From Patescibacteria group bacterium (lineage in GTDB: Bacteria; Patescibacteriota; Microgenomatia; UBA12405), in assembly GCA_013387215.1 (NCBI GenBank), contig WARW01000001.1:119301-183300 (forward strand): a stretch of 64,000 nt of DNA. The letters run 5' to 3'. This document shows positions 9,772 through 20,169 of this stretch, in pieces (within the stretch, counting starts at the first letter, position 1; each line of letters opens with the position of its first letter). The translations under genes and the position numbers were made by a program. Below the pieces are notes generated by a model. That model saw nothing but the letters and a program-made list of their open reading frames with translations, was not told the origin of the DNA and ran no database searches.

Positions 9772-10128
9772 TTACTTAGTAAACAAATCAAACCACTGTT
9801 GAAATTTGGGCTTAACCGTCCCGATATTCTTATCTTCAAACAAATTTGTCTTTTTTTCTGGTGTCACTTGTATCCATACATCGTTTTCTGTGCCTAAGGC
9901 AAACTTATCTCTAGCTTGCTCTTCAAGATATGCGCTTGAACTTGCATATTCAATTTGGCTGATTAATTTTCGGTTGCTGATTTTTCGTTCAACTACGTTT
10001 TTTTCTAGCTCTTGAACTTGCGATCTGGCCATAACCAAAGCCGAAAACTGGCGGCTGATATTGATCCCAGCCGAAGCCGATACGATTAATACTACCAAAA
10101 GTAAGGTTATAAACTTGATTTGCTTCAT
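9772..10128 (-). CDS. Septum formation initiator (FtsB/DivIC family)
   Basis: TM + coiled coil + 'YLEEQARDKFALGTEND' DivIC-type motif. Confidence 0.8.
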   Translation of the reverse strand: MKQIKFITLLLVVLIVSASAGINISRQFSALVMARSQVQELEKNVVERKISNRKLISQIEYASSSAYLEEQARDKFALGTENDVWIQVTPEKKTNLFEDKNIGTVKPKFQQWFDLFTK

Positions 10129-10191
10129 ATAGCTTGTAGTTTATCCCAATTTGTGTTACTATAAGTCATATTTTACATAATTTAACGCCTT

Positions 10192-11061
10192 ATGTCCGAT
10201 TTATCTTTAGATGGAGCCTTAAATCTATTTGTCAACGCCCTTTCCAAGAAGGGTAAATCTACTAATACTATAGTAGCTTACAAAGGCGACATCAATCAAC
10301 TAATTAGCTTCTTAAAAGCGCAATCTAACGTTGCCACTATTGACGTTATCCAAGGTTCAGATATTGATAACTTCAAAAAAGACCTAATTAAAAACAACTA
10401 TACTGCGAAATCAGTTTCTCGAAAATTGAATTCCATCAAAAATTTCTTCTCTTTTCTAAAGACCGAAGGAGTAATTTCTGCCGATCCATCTTCAGAAATT
10501 AAACATCCTCGATACGAAAACGATCTTCCAAAGATTTTAAAACCGATTGAATATCGTTCACTTCGCGATGCCTGCCGAAATGATTCTCGTGCTACTGCTA
10601 TCGTCGAATTGATGCTTCAAGCTGGTTTAAGAATCAAAGAAATTGAAAATCTTAAACTTGATAACGTTAAAGACAATGAAGTTTTCATCGAAAGCTATGA
10701 AAGTCATTCTGATAGAATCGTTCCTTTAAATAATTCTGCTAAAACTGCTTTAAAAAAGTACCTTGATGAAGGCCGTTACAACAGCAAATCTAAAAATGTA
10801 TTTGTCACTAAAACTGGTCGAACTCTTTTAGCTAGAAACATTCGTAGTCTTTTGAACCGTTATTTTGATAAAGCCGATATTAAAGGTGTCAAAGTCAACG
10901 ACTTGCGTAACACTTTTATCGTTTTTCAACTTAAATCCGGTGTTCCAATCGATGTTGTCTCTCAAATCGTTGGTCACAAAAGAATTTCTACTACCGAAAA
11001 GTATTTGGAATTAATTGATTCTAAAGAAGAAGGTAAGGGAATTAAACTTAAAGAACTATAA
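10192..11061 (+). CDS. XerC/XerD-like tyrosine recombinase
   Basis: SAM-like N-domain (NTIVAYKGDI, RKLNSIKNFF), GLRIKE, DLRNTF, VGHKRISTTEKY. Confidence 0.85.
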   Translation: MSDLSLDGALNLFVNALSKKGKSTNTIVAYKGDINQLISFLKAQSNVATIDVIQGSDIDNFKKDLIKNNYTAKSVSRKLNSIKNFFSFLKTEGVISADPSSEIKHPRYENDLPKILKPIEYRSLRDACRNDSRATAIVELMLQAGLRIKEIENLKLDNVKDNEVFIESYESHSDRIVPLNNSAKTALKKYLDEGRYNSKSKNVFVTKTGRTLLARNIRSLLNRYFDKADIKGVKVNDLRNTFIVFQLKSGVPIDVVSQIVGHKRISTTEKYLELIDSKEEGKGIKLKEL

Positions 11062-13389
11062 TCTAGCTCTTCTAGCTATCTCTGCTTCAACGATTGCTCT
11101 TGGTCGGCCATATTTTAAGGCTGACAATTTCTTAATCATCTCAGCCATCTTAGGATTGCCTGGCATTTTCTTTTCTTTGGCGGCCACTTTTAAAGAGAAT
11201 GGAGTTTCCGGAACTCCATTAATCATGGTTTTCATATAAATTTCTCCAGTGCCTAAATTCAAAAGATCATGTTCGCTGAAAGTTGGACTGAATTGTTTTT
11301 GTAAAAAGCCGGCATCGGAAATACCCAATCGGAAACTAGAAATTGTACCCACGTTTCCAAAAACAGCATTTTTAACTTCATCATCCATCTGGGAAATAAA
11401 CTGGTTGGCCACGGTTAAATTCAAATGATATTTTCTGGCTTCCGACAAAATCACTGCAAAATCTTGAGTAGCAAAATTTTGGAATTCGTCCACATATAGG
11501 TAAAAATCTTTTCTCATTGCTTCTGGTACATCTTGTCGGCTCATGGCGGCAATTAATATTTTTGGAATCAAAACTAAGCCCAAGAAAGCCGAATTTTCTT
11601 CTCCAATTGTTCCTTTTGCCAAATTAATTATCAAAATTTTTCCGTCATCCATTGCCTGTCTGAAATTAAAAGATGAGGTAGATTGGCCAATAATATTTCT
11701 CATCATGGTGTTAGTAATGAAACGGCCGAATTTAGACACGATATAATCCAACACTTCTGATTTATGAAAGTCGTTTGTTTGGGCAATTTGATCGGTCCAA
11801 TATCTTTTCACCATTGGATCGTTCAATTTTGGCAATAATTCCTGGACATATGATGGATCAGTTAAACAACGGACAATTTCGATAAATGTGGCTCCTTTTT
11901 CCGTCATTACCGTCAACATGATGTTTCTGATAGCATGTTCAAATCGGGGGCCCACGATTCCAGTTTTGTATGGATCGTATAATTTATACATTAAGTTGAT
12001 AATTGAAGAAGTCACAAAATCTTTTTGATCTTCCCGTTCGCATTCCATCACGTTAAAACCCATTGGTCTTTCCACCATGCTTGGGTCAAAATAAATCACA
12101 TCATCAACTCTTTCTGGAGGGATTCTTTCCAAAATACTTTCAAATGTATCATGTGGATCAATAAAACAAACTCCGTGTCCCGCTTTAATATCCTGAAGTG
12201 CCATATCTGCCAAAAGCCATGATTTACCCACACCTGTTTGCCCCACAATATAAAAGTGTCTTTGTCGATCAACTGGACTCATGCAAAACTTTTTGCTTAC
12301 TCCTCGATATAAATTATCTCCAATATACATACCTTCCTGAGGTGAGTTAATTGGAGCTGGAGCTTTTTTCGATTTTAGCCAATAAATATTTGGTGTTTCA
12401 ATTGATTTATTTGGTAAATGAAAAATCGAAACAATTTCGTCTGAAGATAAAATAGTTTTGTGTTTTTGCCAAAAAATCACTTGATATTTATAGATAAAAT
12501 CATCCATAAACAAATTCTTAAATCGGATCTTTTTACTTGAAAGTTTATTCCATGGAGATTCAAGATGACCAAAAGATGCCTTAATATTGGACAAATTCAT
12601 TTTGGCAATTTCCTGGCTTCCTGCCACCGACACAATTCTAATGGCTGTTTCAAATCCTGGTTTGCCGCATTTAGTTTCGATTGCCTCTAGTTGTCTAGCA
12701 TCAACCTTGTAAGAGGCTTTTTCTGGATTGGATTCTGATTTTTTAGTTGCGCTGATAAAACTTCGTCCCGCCTTAGACCAGGTACCATCAGTCGGGGAAA
12801 TAACAAATTGTATTGCCACTGCCTCATCTTTATTTAATTTTGATAAAGCTGAAGTAATCGAGGCCAGGGGATCAGTTGGAATTTCTTTGTAAGTTTTTAA
12901 AGGATAGTGAGATATTTTTTTTAAGGACAACCAGGCATATTCGACCGAACCGTTTTCGCAAAAAATATTTGGCTCATCAACCACTTGAATGTCTGCTCCG
13001 GCGTACACACTATATATTTGTTTTTCAATTAAATCCTGATAATTAGCCGGAATCGAAACATAAAATCTAATATCCTCATTGGTTCCCACAATTTCCAATG
13101 ATGCAACGGCTTGAGAATGTAAAGTTTGCAAAAATTTAAACTTTGCTGATTTATACATGCTCGATATGGCATTTATTATTTGCTCCATCGCATCAATCTT
13201 AACTTCATTGTCCTGAGGCACGGCAATTAACAGTGTTACTAATTTAAGTGAAGCTTCTTCTCTGTCTCTCCATCTATACCAAAGCAGTAGTGCATATCCA
13301 AGCATGGATAAAAGTATTAAAACCAAAACAATTACTCCTACTAAAAATAGGAGGCTAATTAATTGTCCGGTCAATGAATCTAGAGTCAT
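11056..13389 (-). CDS. VirB4/TraG/HerA-like P-loop ATPase with N-terminal TM
   Basis: RHFYIVGQTGVGKS, FIDPH, YVDEFQNF, SEARKY, ANQ, VFGNVGT. Confidence 0.88.
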   Translation of the reverse strand: MTLDSLTGQLISLLFLVGVIVLVLILLSMLGYALLLWYRWRDREEASLKLVTLLIAVPQDNEVKIDAMEQIINAISSMYKSAKFKFLQTLHSQAVASLEIVGTNEDIRFYVSIPANYQDLIEKQIYSVYAGADIQVVDEPNIFCENGSVEYAWLSLKKISHYPLKTYKEIPTDPLASITSALSKLNKDEAVAIQFVISPTDGTWSKAGRSFISATKKSESNPEKASYKVDARQLEAIETKCGKPGFETAIRIVSVAGSQEIAKMNLSNIKASFGHLESPWNKLSSKKIRFKNLFMDDFIYKYQVIFWQKHKTILSSDEIVSIFHLPNKSIETPNIYWLKSKKAPAPINSPQEGMYIGDNLYRGVSKKFCMSPVDRQRHFYIVGQTGVGKSWLLADMALQDIKAGHGVCFIDPHDTFESILERIPPERVDDVIYFDPSMVERPMGFNVMECEREDQKDFVTSSIINLMYKLYDPYKTGIVGPRFEHAIRNIMLTVMTEKGATFIEIVRCLTDPSYVQELLPKLNDPMVKRYWTDQIAQTNDFHKSEVLDYIVSKFGRFITNTMMRNIIGQSTSSFNFRQAMDDGKILIINLAKGTIGEENSAFLGLVLIPKILIAAMSRQDVPEAMRKDFYLYVDEFQNFATQDFAVILSEARKYHLNLTVANQFISQMDDEVKNAVFGNVGTISSFRLGISDAGFLQKQFSPTFSEHDLLNLGTGEIYMKTMINGVPETPFSLKVAAKEKKMPGNPKMAEMIKKLSALKYGRPRAIVEAEIARRARL

Positions 13390-13739
13390 TCTTGATTAAA
13401 TTTTACCTTACCTTTTTTAATTTTTATCACTCTAAACACGAATTCAGATAACCATCTTCCTGCATCAGACACGGTTTTGTTGAACCCATCTGAAAATGTT
13501 CTTTGGCTGATTGGTAAAACGATACTTGGATCAGTTGGTGCACTTGGTTTCAATATTGGCTGCCCACTGGTGTCATCAAAAACAGTTGGTGTTTGAGTTT
13601 GATTAGCCTCAACTTTTTCCATCCATGTTTTTACTTCCCGGGGAATCGTATCTCTGTCAGGTTTAATATCTATTATATCAACTACCTTTTTGGGTTTTTC
13701 TTCAATTGGGTTAAACATTCGTTCTTTATTTTCTGCCAT
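13386..13739 (-). CDS. Hypothetical protein
   Basis: ORF overlapping the ATPase start (ATGA coupling). Confidence 0.65.
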   Translation of the reverse strand: MAENKERMFNPIEEKPKKVVDIIDIKPDRDTIPREVKTWMEKVEANQTQTPTVFDDTSGQPILKPSAPTDPSIVLPISQRTFSDGFNKTVSDAGRWLSEFVFRVIKIKKGKVKFNQE

Positions 13740-13777
13740 ACTATAAAAAGTATATGTTAAATTGATACAATCGACCA

Positions 13778-14935
13778 GTGGAACAAAACAACTACAAGCT
13801 ATCATCTATAACCAAAATCGATAAAAGAGCCCGTCTTCTACCTTGGTCTACTACTTTCATGATTTTAATTTTGATTGTAGTCTTTATTTGGTTTTTCCGT
13901 GGTGGCAGTTTTCGTTTTTATACCAGTATGTTTTTTGGCTTTTATGATTTGACCCAAGAAGCCTGGATATCTATCTTATTGGTAGGTCTAGCCCAGACAA
14001 TTATCTTTTTGCCATTTCGTTTTATTGGCGCCATTCTTAATCCTGATTTAAAAGAATTTGAGACTGAACTGGAAAAAACCAAAACCGATAATCAATATCT
14101 TATCTTTCATGAAAAAGTTCGCCAGGGGAATTCCTCTGTAGTTTTTTATATTTTAAATTTTGTTCTACTTGGTTTGGCTTTTTTCTCGGTTGGTCGTGTA
14201 TTTTTACTCGATTTTTACAATGAAAAAATTAATCCTGTTTACCTTTACCACTTTATTCCATACCCTGAATATCCGATTAAGGGCACAGATTTTGAATTCC
14301 CATTTTTCCATATAAATAGCACTTTTGCTCTGAATTGGCACACCATTTTTACTGCTTGGGGTATGGTTTTGGCAGTTATGGTCGCTTTAAGACTGCTTTG
14401 GATTATTCTAAAAAGATTTCTCAGTAAAAACAAATCTCTTCTTAATATCCGCATTAGTTATAATCGGCTGGTTTTAATTGGAAGCGGTTTTGCTGGCACT
14501 TTATTCATAGTATCCACTATATTTTTGCGCCATATTCCAAACTCCATTCAGTTCGTCTTTCTTTCTGCTGATCTCACCAAGCAAAATACAGTTTTCAATA
14601 TTATTACTGCTATTTGTACTTGTTTAGCCACTATCCACTCAGGTTACACTCACAATAAAGAAGCGGTCATTGTTGCCCGAAACAACAAAATCCCCGAAGC
14701 TGTTATCAATAAAGTTTTTAAAAATAATATGTCTGTCAGTTTAAGAAATGGCATATTTTTGGCTCTGCTGACCTATTGGATTACCCACCAAATGCCCAGT
14801 TCTCACGACTTATCAGTTTTATCTTTTGAATTTTTATACTTAATTTCGCCTTTTACTTTTGATATGTTAATTCCCAAAAAGACCAAAAAGATTACACTTC
14901 CCGATTTACCATATAATGTGCCAGTTCAACAATAA
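13778..14935 (+). CDS. Polytopic membrane protein, possibly a divergent YidC/Oxa1
   Basis: 'WISILLVGLAQTIIFLPF...LNPDLKEF' resembles YidC TM2 plus coiled coil; weak. Confidence 0.45.
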   Translation: MEQNNYKLSSITKIDKRARLLPWSTTFMILILIVVFIWFFRGGSFRFYTSMFFGFYDLTQEAWISILLVGLAQTIIFLPFRFIGAILNPDLKEFETELEKTKTDNQYLIFHEKVRQGNSSVVFYILNFVLLGLAFFSVGRVFLLDFYNEKINPVYLYHFIPYPEYPIKGTDFEFPFFHINSTFALNWHTIFTAWGMVLAVMVALRLLWIILKRFLSKNKSLLNIRISYNRLVLIGSGFAGTLFIVSTIFLRHIPNSIQFVFLSADLTKQNTVFNIITAICTCLATIHSGYTHNKEAVIVARNNKIPEAVINKVFKNNMSVSLRNGIFLALLTYWITHQMPSSHDLSVLSFEFLYLISPFTFDMLIPKKTKKITLPDLPYNVPVQQ

Positions 14936-15953
14936 ATTCGATTGCTTCCCGATTTAAATCAAAGTTATATAATTTTTTAGCTGTTTCTACCGATTTTAAG
15001 GCATATTCTTTGGCAAGATTTTTTGAATATTCCCAAGAGCCGCTGTCTATAATTGCTTTTTTAGCCAAATCTACAAAAGCTTTATCATCAACTCCTTTAC
15101 CCCAAACATCTTTGATTGCTTTTACTTGTTCTTTTGAACCCATTTCTAAAGCTTTTAAAATCAACAAAGTTCTTTTGCCGTGAATCAAGTCTGAATTATC
15201 TGATTTGCCGGTTTTTTCAGAATCGCCAAAAATTCCTAAAATATCATCCTGAAGCTGAAAAGCCACTCCGCCATCCATTGAATATTTGCTTAAAATTTCT
15301 AAGACTTCTGGTTTTAACTGAGCAATAATTCCGCCGATTAATAGGGGATTTTCATAAGTATAAATAGCAGTTTTGCTTTTGTGTAAAGTCACCACATCCT
15401 CCTCAGACCAATTTTCCATTTTCTCAAGTCCGACATCAAAACTTTGCCCAAAAGTAGTATTAGTAATTCCCCTTATAAACTTTATAGATGCATTTTTTAT
15501 TGCCTCTTGCTCAAAGTTTGCTTTCAAAAGCATCTCAAACCCCAAACAAATCAATCCATCTCCTAAATTGTATGCCATCGATTCCCCGAAATGTTTGTCG
15601 CCTTGGCTAAAATACACATGAGTAGTTTCCTTGCCTCGTCTCAATTCATCTTGATCCATGACATCATCTTGCATTAAAAGACCGGTGTGAGCCAGCTCTA
15701 CTGCCATCATGGCCTTAAAAATTTCTTCGTTAAATTCTTTATTCCCCAGAAGATAGGCGTAATAAACAAATGCGGCTCTGAGTCTTTTGGCGTTTCTCAA
15801 ATTATGATCTTTGGCATGAAGAAGCATTTTTTTGACCAAATCTTTTTGGTTTTGATTAAAACCAAAATTAAGACTTATTTCTTCATCCCAATATTTTTCT
15901 AATTTTTGATCGGTCAAAAGAGCTATTTCTTTTAATTTTTGTTTTACGTCCAT
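14892..15953 (-). CDS. Polyprenyl diphosphate synthase
   Basis: KRLR, QDDVMDQDELRRG, GQSFD, KTA, AFQLQDDILG. Confidence 0.93.
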   Translation of the reverse strand: MDVKQKLKEIALLTDQKLEKYWDEEISLNFGFNQNQKDLVKKMLLHAKDHNLRNAKRLRAAFVYYAYLLGNKEFNEEIFKAMMAVELAHTGLLMQDDVMDQDELRRGKETTHVYFSQGDKHFGESMAYNLGDGLICLGFEMLLKANFEQEAIKNASIKFIRGITNTTFGQSFDVGLEKMENWSEEDVVTLHKSKTAIYTYENPLLIGGIIAQLKPEVLEILSKYSMDGGVAFQLQDDILGIFGDSEKTGKSDNSDLIHGKRTLLILKALEMGSKEQVKAIKDVWGKGVDDKAFVDLAKKAIIDSGSWEYSKNLAKEYALKSVETAKKLYNFDLNREAIEFIVELAHYMVNREV

Positions 15954-16016
15954 TACATATTGTAGTCGTTATATATTTAAGATGCATTCGCCCTCAACTT
16001 TTTGTTAATCTTATTT

Positions 16017-17195
16017 ATGACCACAATTAAAAATAGCTTGTTCACAGTTACTTTAGGTGGTTGGTATCAGCGCACGACTTTGCATTTAAGTGAAATTTAC
16101 GATTTATTCGCTCTCTCAAAATCCAAATTAAATCTGTCCTCTCAAAAAATTAACAATTATTATAACGAGCTTAATCTTATTTCAGTCACCCGCGAATCTG
16201 GTTATTTGGAATATATAAAAGCCATAACTACTGATGGCATTGAAATCCGGTATTACGAAGATGGATTATATATTTTAAGTACTAAATCCACTGATATTAA
16301 AAAGTCAGAAACTCAGCTCAAAAATTATTACGAACAATGTCTAAATCCGGCCATTTCCTACATTTTTTCCCTCGGCGCTCCAACTCCCAAAGTTCTTGCT
16401 GATATCAAAACTGAACACCCGATTGTTGTTTCAGCCAATAAAATAACTTTAAAACCAAGTGAAATTATAAAAAAATATGGTGAAATTTATAGCCAAATAG
16501 TTTCCGAAAATATATCCGTTCTCAAAACTCCCGATTATATTTTTATTATCAGTCCCAAAAGTAACAACAATATTAACGAACTCATTGAAATGCAAATATT
16601 TTTCCGGGAATTCAAAGATCAGCTGGAAAAATATTTATCAATTCACAGAACCATTTGGGAAGAAATTTCTAAAATTAAAGAGCAGGGAATCATCAAAGGC
16701 AATGAAGTTGAAAAAGTCCGAAATCAGCTGGATTCTTATCAAAAAACCGTTAATTTGATTTCCAGCCGCATAAATCAAATGGGCGCTTATCTTAACACCC
16801 GCGCCTCCATCACTAAGCGTTTAGAAATTGAGAAGCAGCTTTTGGATATTTTTCAATACAAATTTGAGACGCTTTCAGACACCCATCTCTACATCAAAGA
16901 AATTTGGAAAATGACCAACGATTATCTTTCCACTGCTATTCAGGTTGTGGTTGAAGTCCGTAATATGACCACCAACAACAGCATCCAATCACTGCGAATC
17001 ATTACTACTATTGGTGTTTTATCTGGAATTGTTGGTTATCTTTCTAAAGATCAATTTCCCCGCCTTACTTTAACTGGCATTTGGTACTTTGTCGTTTTAA
17101 TTTTGGCAACTTGGGCTATAAATAAAATTGTCAGTCTGACTTATCAAAACATGAAATATAAACTTAAATTTTCTCAGGATCAAAAAAAGCTATGA
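16017..17195 (+). CDS. Hypothetical membrane protein with CorA-like helical/2-TM C-terminus
   Basis: Long helical region, then 'NNSIQSLRIITTI' and two TM helices. Confidence 0.5.
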   Translation: MTTIKNSLFTVTLGGWYQRTTLHLSEIYDLFALSKSKLNLSSQKINNYYNELNLISVTRESGYLEYIKAITTDGIEIRYYEDGLYILSTKSTDIKKSETQLKNYYEQCLNPAISYIFSLGAPTPKVLADIKTEHPIVVSANKITLKPSEIIKKYGEIYSQIVSENISVLKTPDYIFIISPKSNNNINELIEMQIFFREFKDQLEKYLSIHRTIWEEISKIKEQGIIKGNEVEKVRNQLDSYQKTVNLISSRINQMGAYLNTRASITKRLEIEKQLLDIFQYKFETLSDTHLYIKEIWKMTNDYLSTAIQVVVEVRNMTTNNSIQSLRIITTIGVLSGIVGYLSKDQFPRLTLTGIWYFVVLILATWAINKIVSLTYQNMKYKLKFSQDQKKL

Positions 17196-18283
17196 ATCCG
17201 AAGTTGGTTAAAGCTATTTTCTTGCAATTTTCTGGCATAGTCGGAGCCGGAATCTTCACTTTGCCCTACCTTTTTTATCATTCCAATTTTATCTTTTCCG
17301 TATTTTTGCTATCAACTATTGCCGTTATTACCATCATATTGAACATCTTCTATATTGAAATTATTCTCAAAACTCCCGGCGATCATCAGCTTTCTGGGTA
17401 TGCCGAAATTTACTTAGGTAAATTTTTTAAAGTAGTCAGCTCTCTTAGTATATTTTTAATCGCTTTTGGAGCACTTCTGGTCTATATGAAGTTGGCTTCA
17501 GTTTTTTTGGCCGTTATTTTTCCTTTTTTGTCAGGCATTTTGGGAATTATCTTTTTTCTTTTAATCTTTACTGTCACTAATTTTCTCCATCTAAAACCAT
17601 CAGGTAAATTTTTTGAAGCTCTGCCCTTTCTAATATTTATTTCTATAATTTTAATTTTCTTTTTTTCTTTGAAGTTTCCAAGTTCAACCTTAATCAGCTT
17701 TTCCGCTCCTTCTATTTCATTTTTAGGCATCATCATCTTTACTATCAGTGGTTTTACGATTATTCCCGAGATTGAAGAGCTGCTCAGGTCTACTTATCAC
17801 AAAAAAGAATATTTAATTAAATCTTCTATCATTGGCACTCTCATATCGGTCCTAGTTTATACATTGTTTACTTACTCGATTATAAAAATTAATGGTTCCT
17901 CCGTTAGTCCTGACACTATAAGTGGCCTTGTTGCCTCTCATCCATTGGTTGCCAAATCATTAGCTCTCTTGGGTTTGGTTATAATTTTTAAGGCCGGTCT
18001 TAATATGATTTTAATTATTAAAGAAGTTTTTTACCGCGACTTTTCTATTTCTCAGAAAAAATCATATCTTTTATCGAGCCTAATTCCATTTTCCATTTTT
18101 CTTTTTTTATCCGTTTCGTTTCTTAGTATAATTTCAGTTACCGGTGCAGTTTCTGTGGCATTATCGGCTATAATTATTTGTCTTATGCGTCTAAAAATAA
18201 GCCATTCAATTCTTGTTGATGTCTTCATTTTTTTGATAATTTTTACATTTGTTGTCGGACTATTGTCAATTTTTCCGCTATAA
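17192..18283 (+). CDS. Amino-acid permease (aromatic/APC family)
   Basis: GIVGAGIFTLPY, YAEIYLGK, about 11 hydrophobic segments. Confidence 0.85.
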   Translation: MNPKLVKAIFLQFSGIVGAGIFTLPYLFYHSNFIFSVFLLSTIAVITIILNIFYIEIILKTPGDHQLSGYAEIYLGKFFKVVSSLSIFLIAFGALLVYMKLASVFLAVIFPFLSGILGIIFFLLIFTVTNFLHLKPSGKFFEALPFLIFISIILIFFFSLKFPSSTLISFSAPSISFLGIIIFTISGFTIIPEIEELLRSTYHKKEYLIKSSIIGTLISVLVYTLFTYSIIKINGSSVSPDTISGLVASHPLVAKSLALLGLVIIFKAGLNMILIIKEVFYRDFSISQKKSYLLSSLIPFSIFLFLSVSFLSIISVTGAVSVALSAIIICLMRLKISHSILVDVFIFLIIFTFVVGLLSIFPL

Positions 18284-18329
18284 AATTAATATTTTTCAAG
18301 ATCATACCGAAAAATGTTAAAATTGGGTT

Positions 18330-20120
18330 GTGGAGAACCAGGTAGACGAAATCAAGCAAAAAATAAATATTGTCGATATCATCAATCGCTACGTCCCTTT
18401 AAAAAAACGTGGCCGGCATCATATTGCCTGCTGTCCTTTTCACGGCGAAAAAACCCCATCTTTTACTGTTTCTGAAGAACTTCAAATTTATAAATGTTTT
18501 GGCTGCGGCAAAGCCGGCGATGTTTTTAATTTTTTAGAAGAATATGAAAGAATTGATTTCCGTGAAGCTTTGGAAGAACTTGCCAAAATTGCTGGAGTCG
18601 TCTTGGTCAGGAGCGACAACTATAGCCAGGAAGAAAAAAATAAAAAGCTTTTGATTGAAATCAACAATGAAGTTGCCAAATTCTACAACTATATTCTTTT
18701 GTCCCATCCCTTGGGTGAAAAAGCTCTTGAATATGTTCTAAATCGGGGTATAACCAAAGAAACTCTGAAAAAATTTAAAGCTGGCTATTCTCCTGCCAAC
18801 ACTCAATTAATTACCAACTATTTACTTAAAAAAGGTTTCAAAATCCCAGAACTTATTGCCACCGGTACTTTTGGCCAAAGCAATTATGGCGGCAACAAAC
18901 TATACGATCGTTTTCAAGACCGGCTTACTTTTCCATTAACCAACTATCGCGATCAAATTCTTGGTTTTTCTGGCCGAATTTTGCCCACCAGTGCCAATCC
19001 AAATCTTGCTAAATATATTAATTCACCAGAAACGGAAATTTATCACAAAAGCCAAATGCTTTTTGGCCTAAATCTAGCCAAGGAAGCCATCAGACTGGAA
19101 AATTCCGTCATTATTGTCGAAGGTGAGTTTGATATGATTTCTCCCTACCAAGCTGGTTTTCAAAACATTGTGGCTCTAAAGGGGACTGCTTTTACTCAAG
19201 AACAGCTTCAGCTTTTAAGACGCTATACTGACACTCTAATTTTAGGTCTCGATTCTGATTTTGCCGGCAACAATGCCGCCCGAAAAAGCATTGAACTTGC
19301 CGATTCTCTTGAATTTGATATTCGTGTTTTAACTTTGGGAGATTACAAAGATCCCGATGAAGCCATAAAAGGTGATTTGGAATTTTTCAAAAAACAGCTC
19401 AAAAATACTGTTCCAGTCTGGGATTTTATCATTGAATCTGTGGCCAAAGCTAATGATTCTTCCACAATTAAGGGTAAAAAAGAGATTTTGGCTCAAGTGT
19501 TGCCGTTTTTGGTAAAAATCAACAATTCCGTTATCCGCGCCGATTATTTCAAAAAACTTTCCAACGAGCTTGGTTCCGACGAAGAATCAATTTATCAGGA
19601 AGCCCAAAGATATCAGCTCAGCACCAGTCCATCCAACAATTATTCTTATGCTCCAAAAGAAAATATTGCCGATTCATCGCCTAAAACAGAGAGGTATGAG
19701 GAACTGCTTTTAATGCTGGTTTTTAGCGCCCACAAACCTGTTGCCCTCGCCAAAAAGATCGAAAAATATTTAAACCTTTTCAACACTCCTAAATTCAAAA
19801 CTTTATCATCTGCGCTTTTAAGCCAAATTGAATTTGAGCCTCGGGTTTATCAAGACAGTATCCCAGCCGAACTCCGGCCGATTTTTCAAAATTTATACTT
19901 AAACGGCACTGCTTTGCAGCTTGATTCTCAAAACCGGCTTAAAGAAATCAAAAAAGTCGCTACTCAGCTAAATGTTTTAGTTCTTAAAGACCAAATTCAG
20001 GAATTAACCAAAAAAATCGCCAAACTCGAGCTTAATGAAGAGGAAGAAGAGCTTAAACAAGCCGAATTGGACTACAATTTACTCCTAGCAAAATTGTCGA
20101 AATTACAGTTGAAAAAATAA
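18330..20120 (+). CDS. dnaG: DNA primase
   Basis: CPFHGEKTPSF...CFGC zinc finger, KYINSPET, VEGEFD, DSDFAG TOPRIM. Confidence 0.97.
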   Translation: MENQVDEIKQKINIVDIINRYVPLKKRGRHHIACCPFHGEKTPSFTVSEELQIYKCFGCGKAGDVFNFLEEYERIDFREALEELAKIAGVVLVRSDNYSQEEKNKKLLIEINNEVAKFYNYILLSHPLGEKALEYVLNRGITKETLKKFKAGYSPANTQLITNYLLKKGFKIPELIATGTFGQSNYGGNKLYDRFQDRLTFPLTNYRDQILGFSGRILPTSANPNLAKYINSPETEIYHKSQMLFGLNLAKEAIRLENSVIIVEGEFDMISPYQAGFQNIVALKGTAFTQEQLQLLRRYTDTLILGLDSDFAGNNAARKSIELADSLEFDIRVLTLGDYKDPDEAIKGDLEFFKKQLKNTVPVWDFIIESVAKANDSSTIKGKKEILAQVLPFLVKINNSVIRADYFKKLSNELGSDEESIYQEAQRYQLSTSPSNNYSYAPKENIADSSPKTERYEELLLMLVFSAHKPVALAKKIEKYLNLFNTPKFKTLSSALLSQIEFEPRVYQDSIPAELRPIFQNLYLNGTALQLDSQNRLKEIKKVATQLNVLVLKDQIQELTKKIAKLELNEEEEELKQAELDYNLLLAKLSKLQLKK

Positions 20121-20169
20121 ATATTTCAAAATATAGATTTATTCCCGTAATTCATATACAATATACGAC

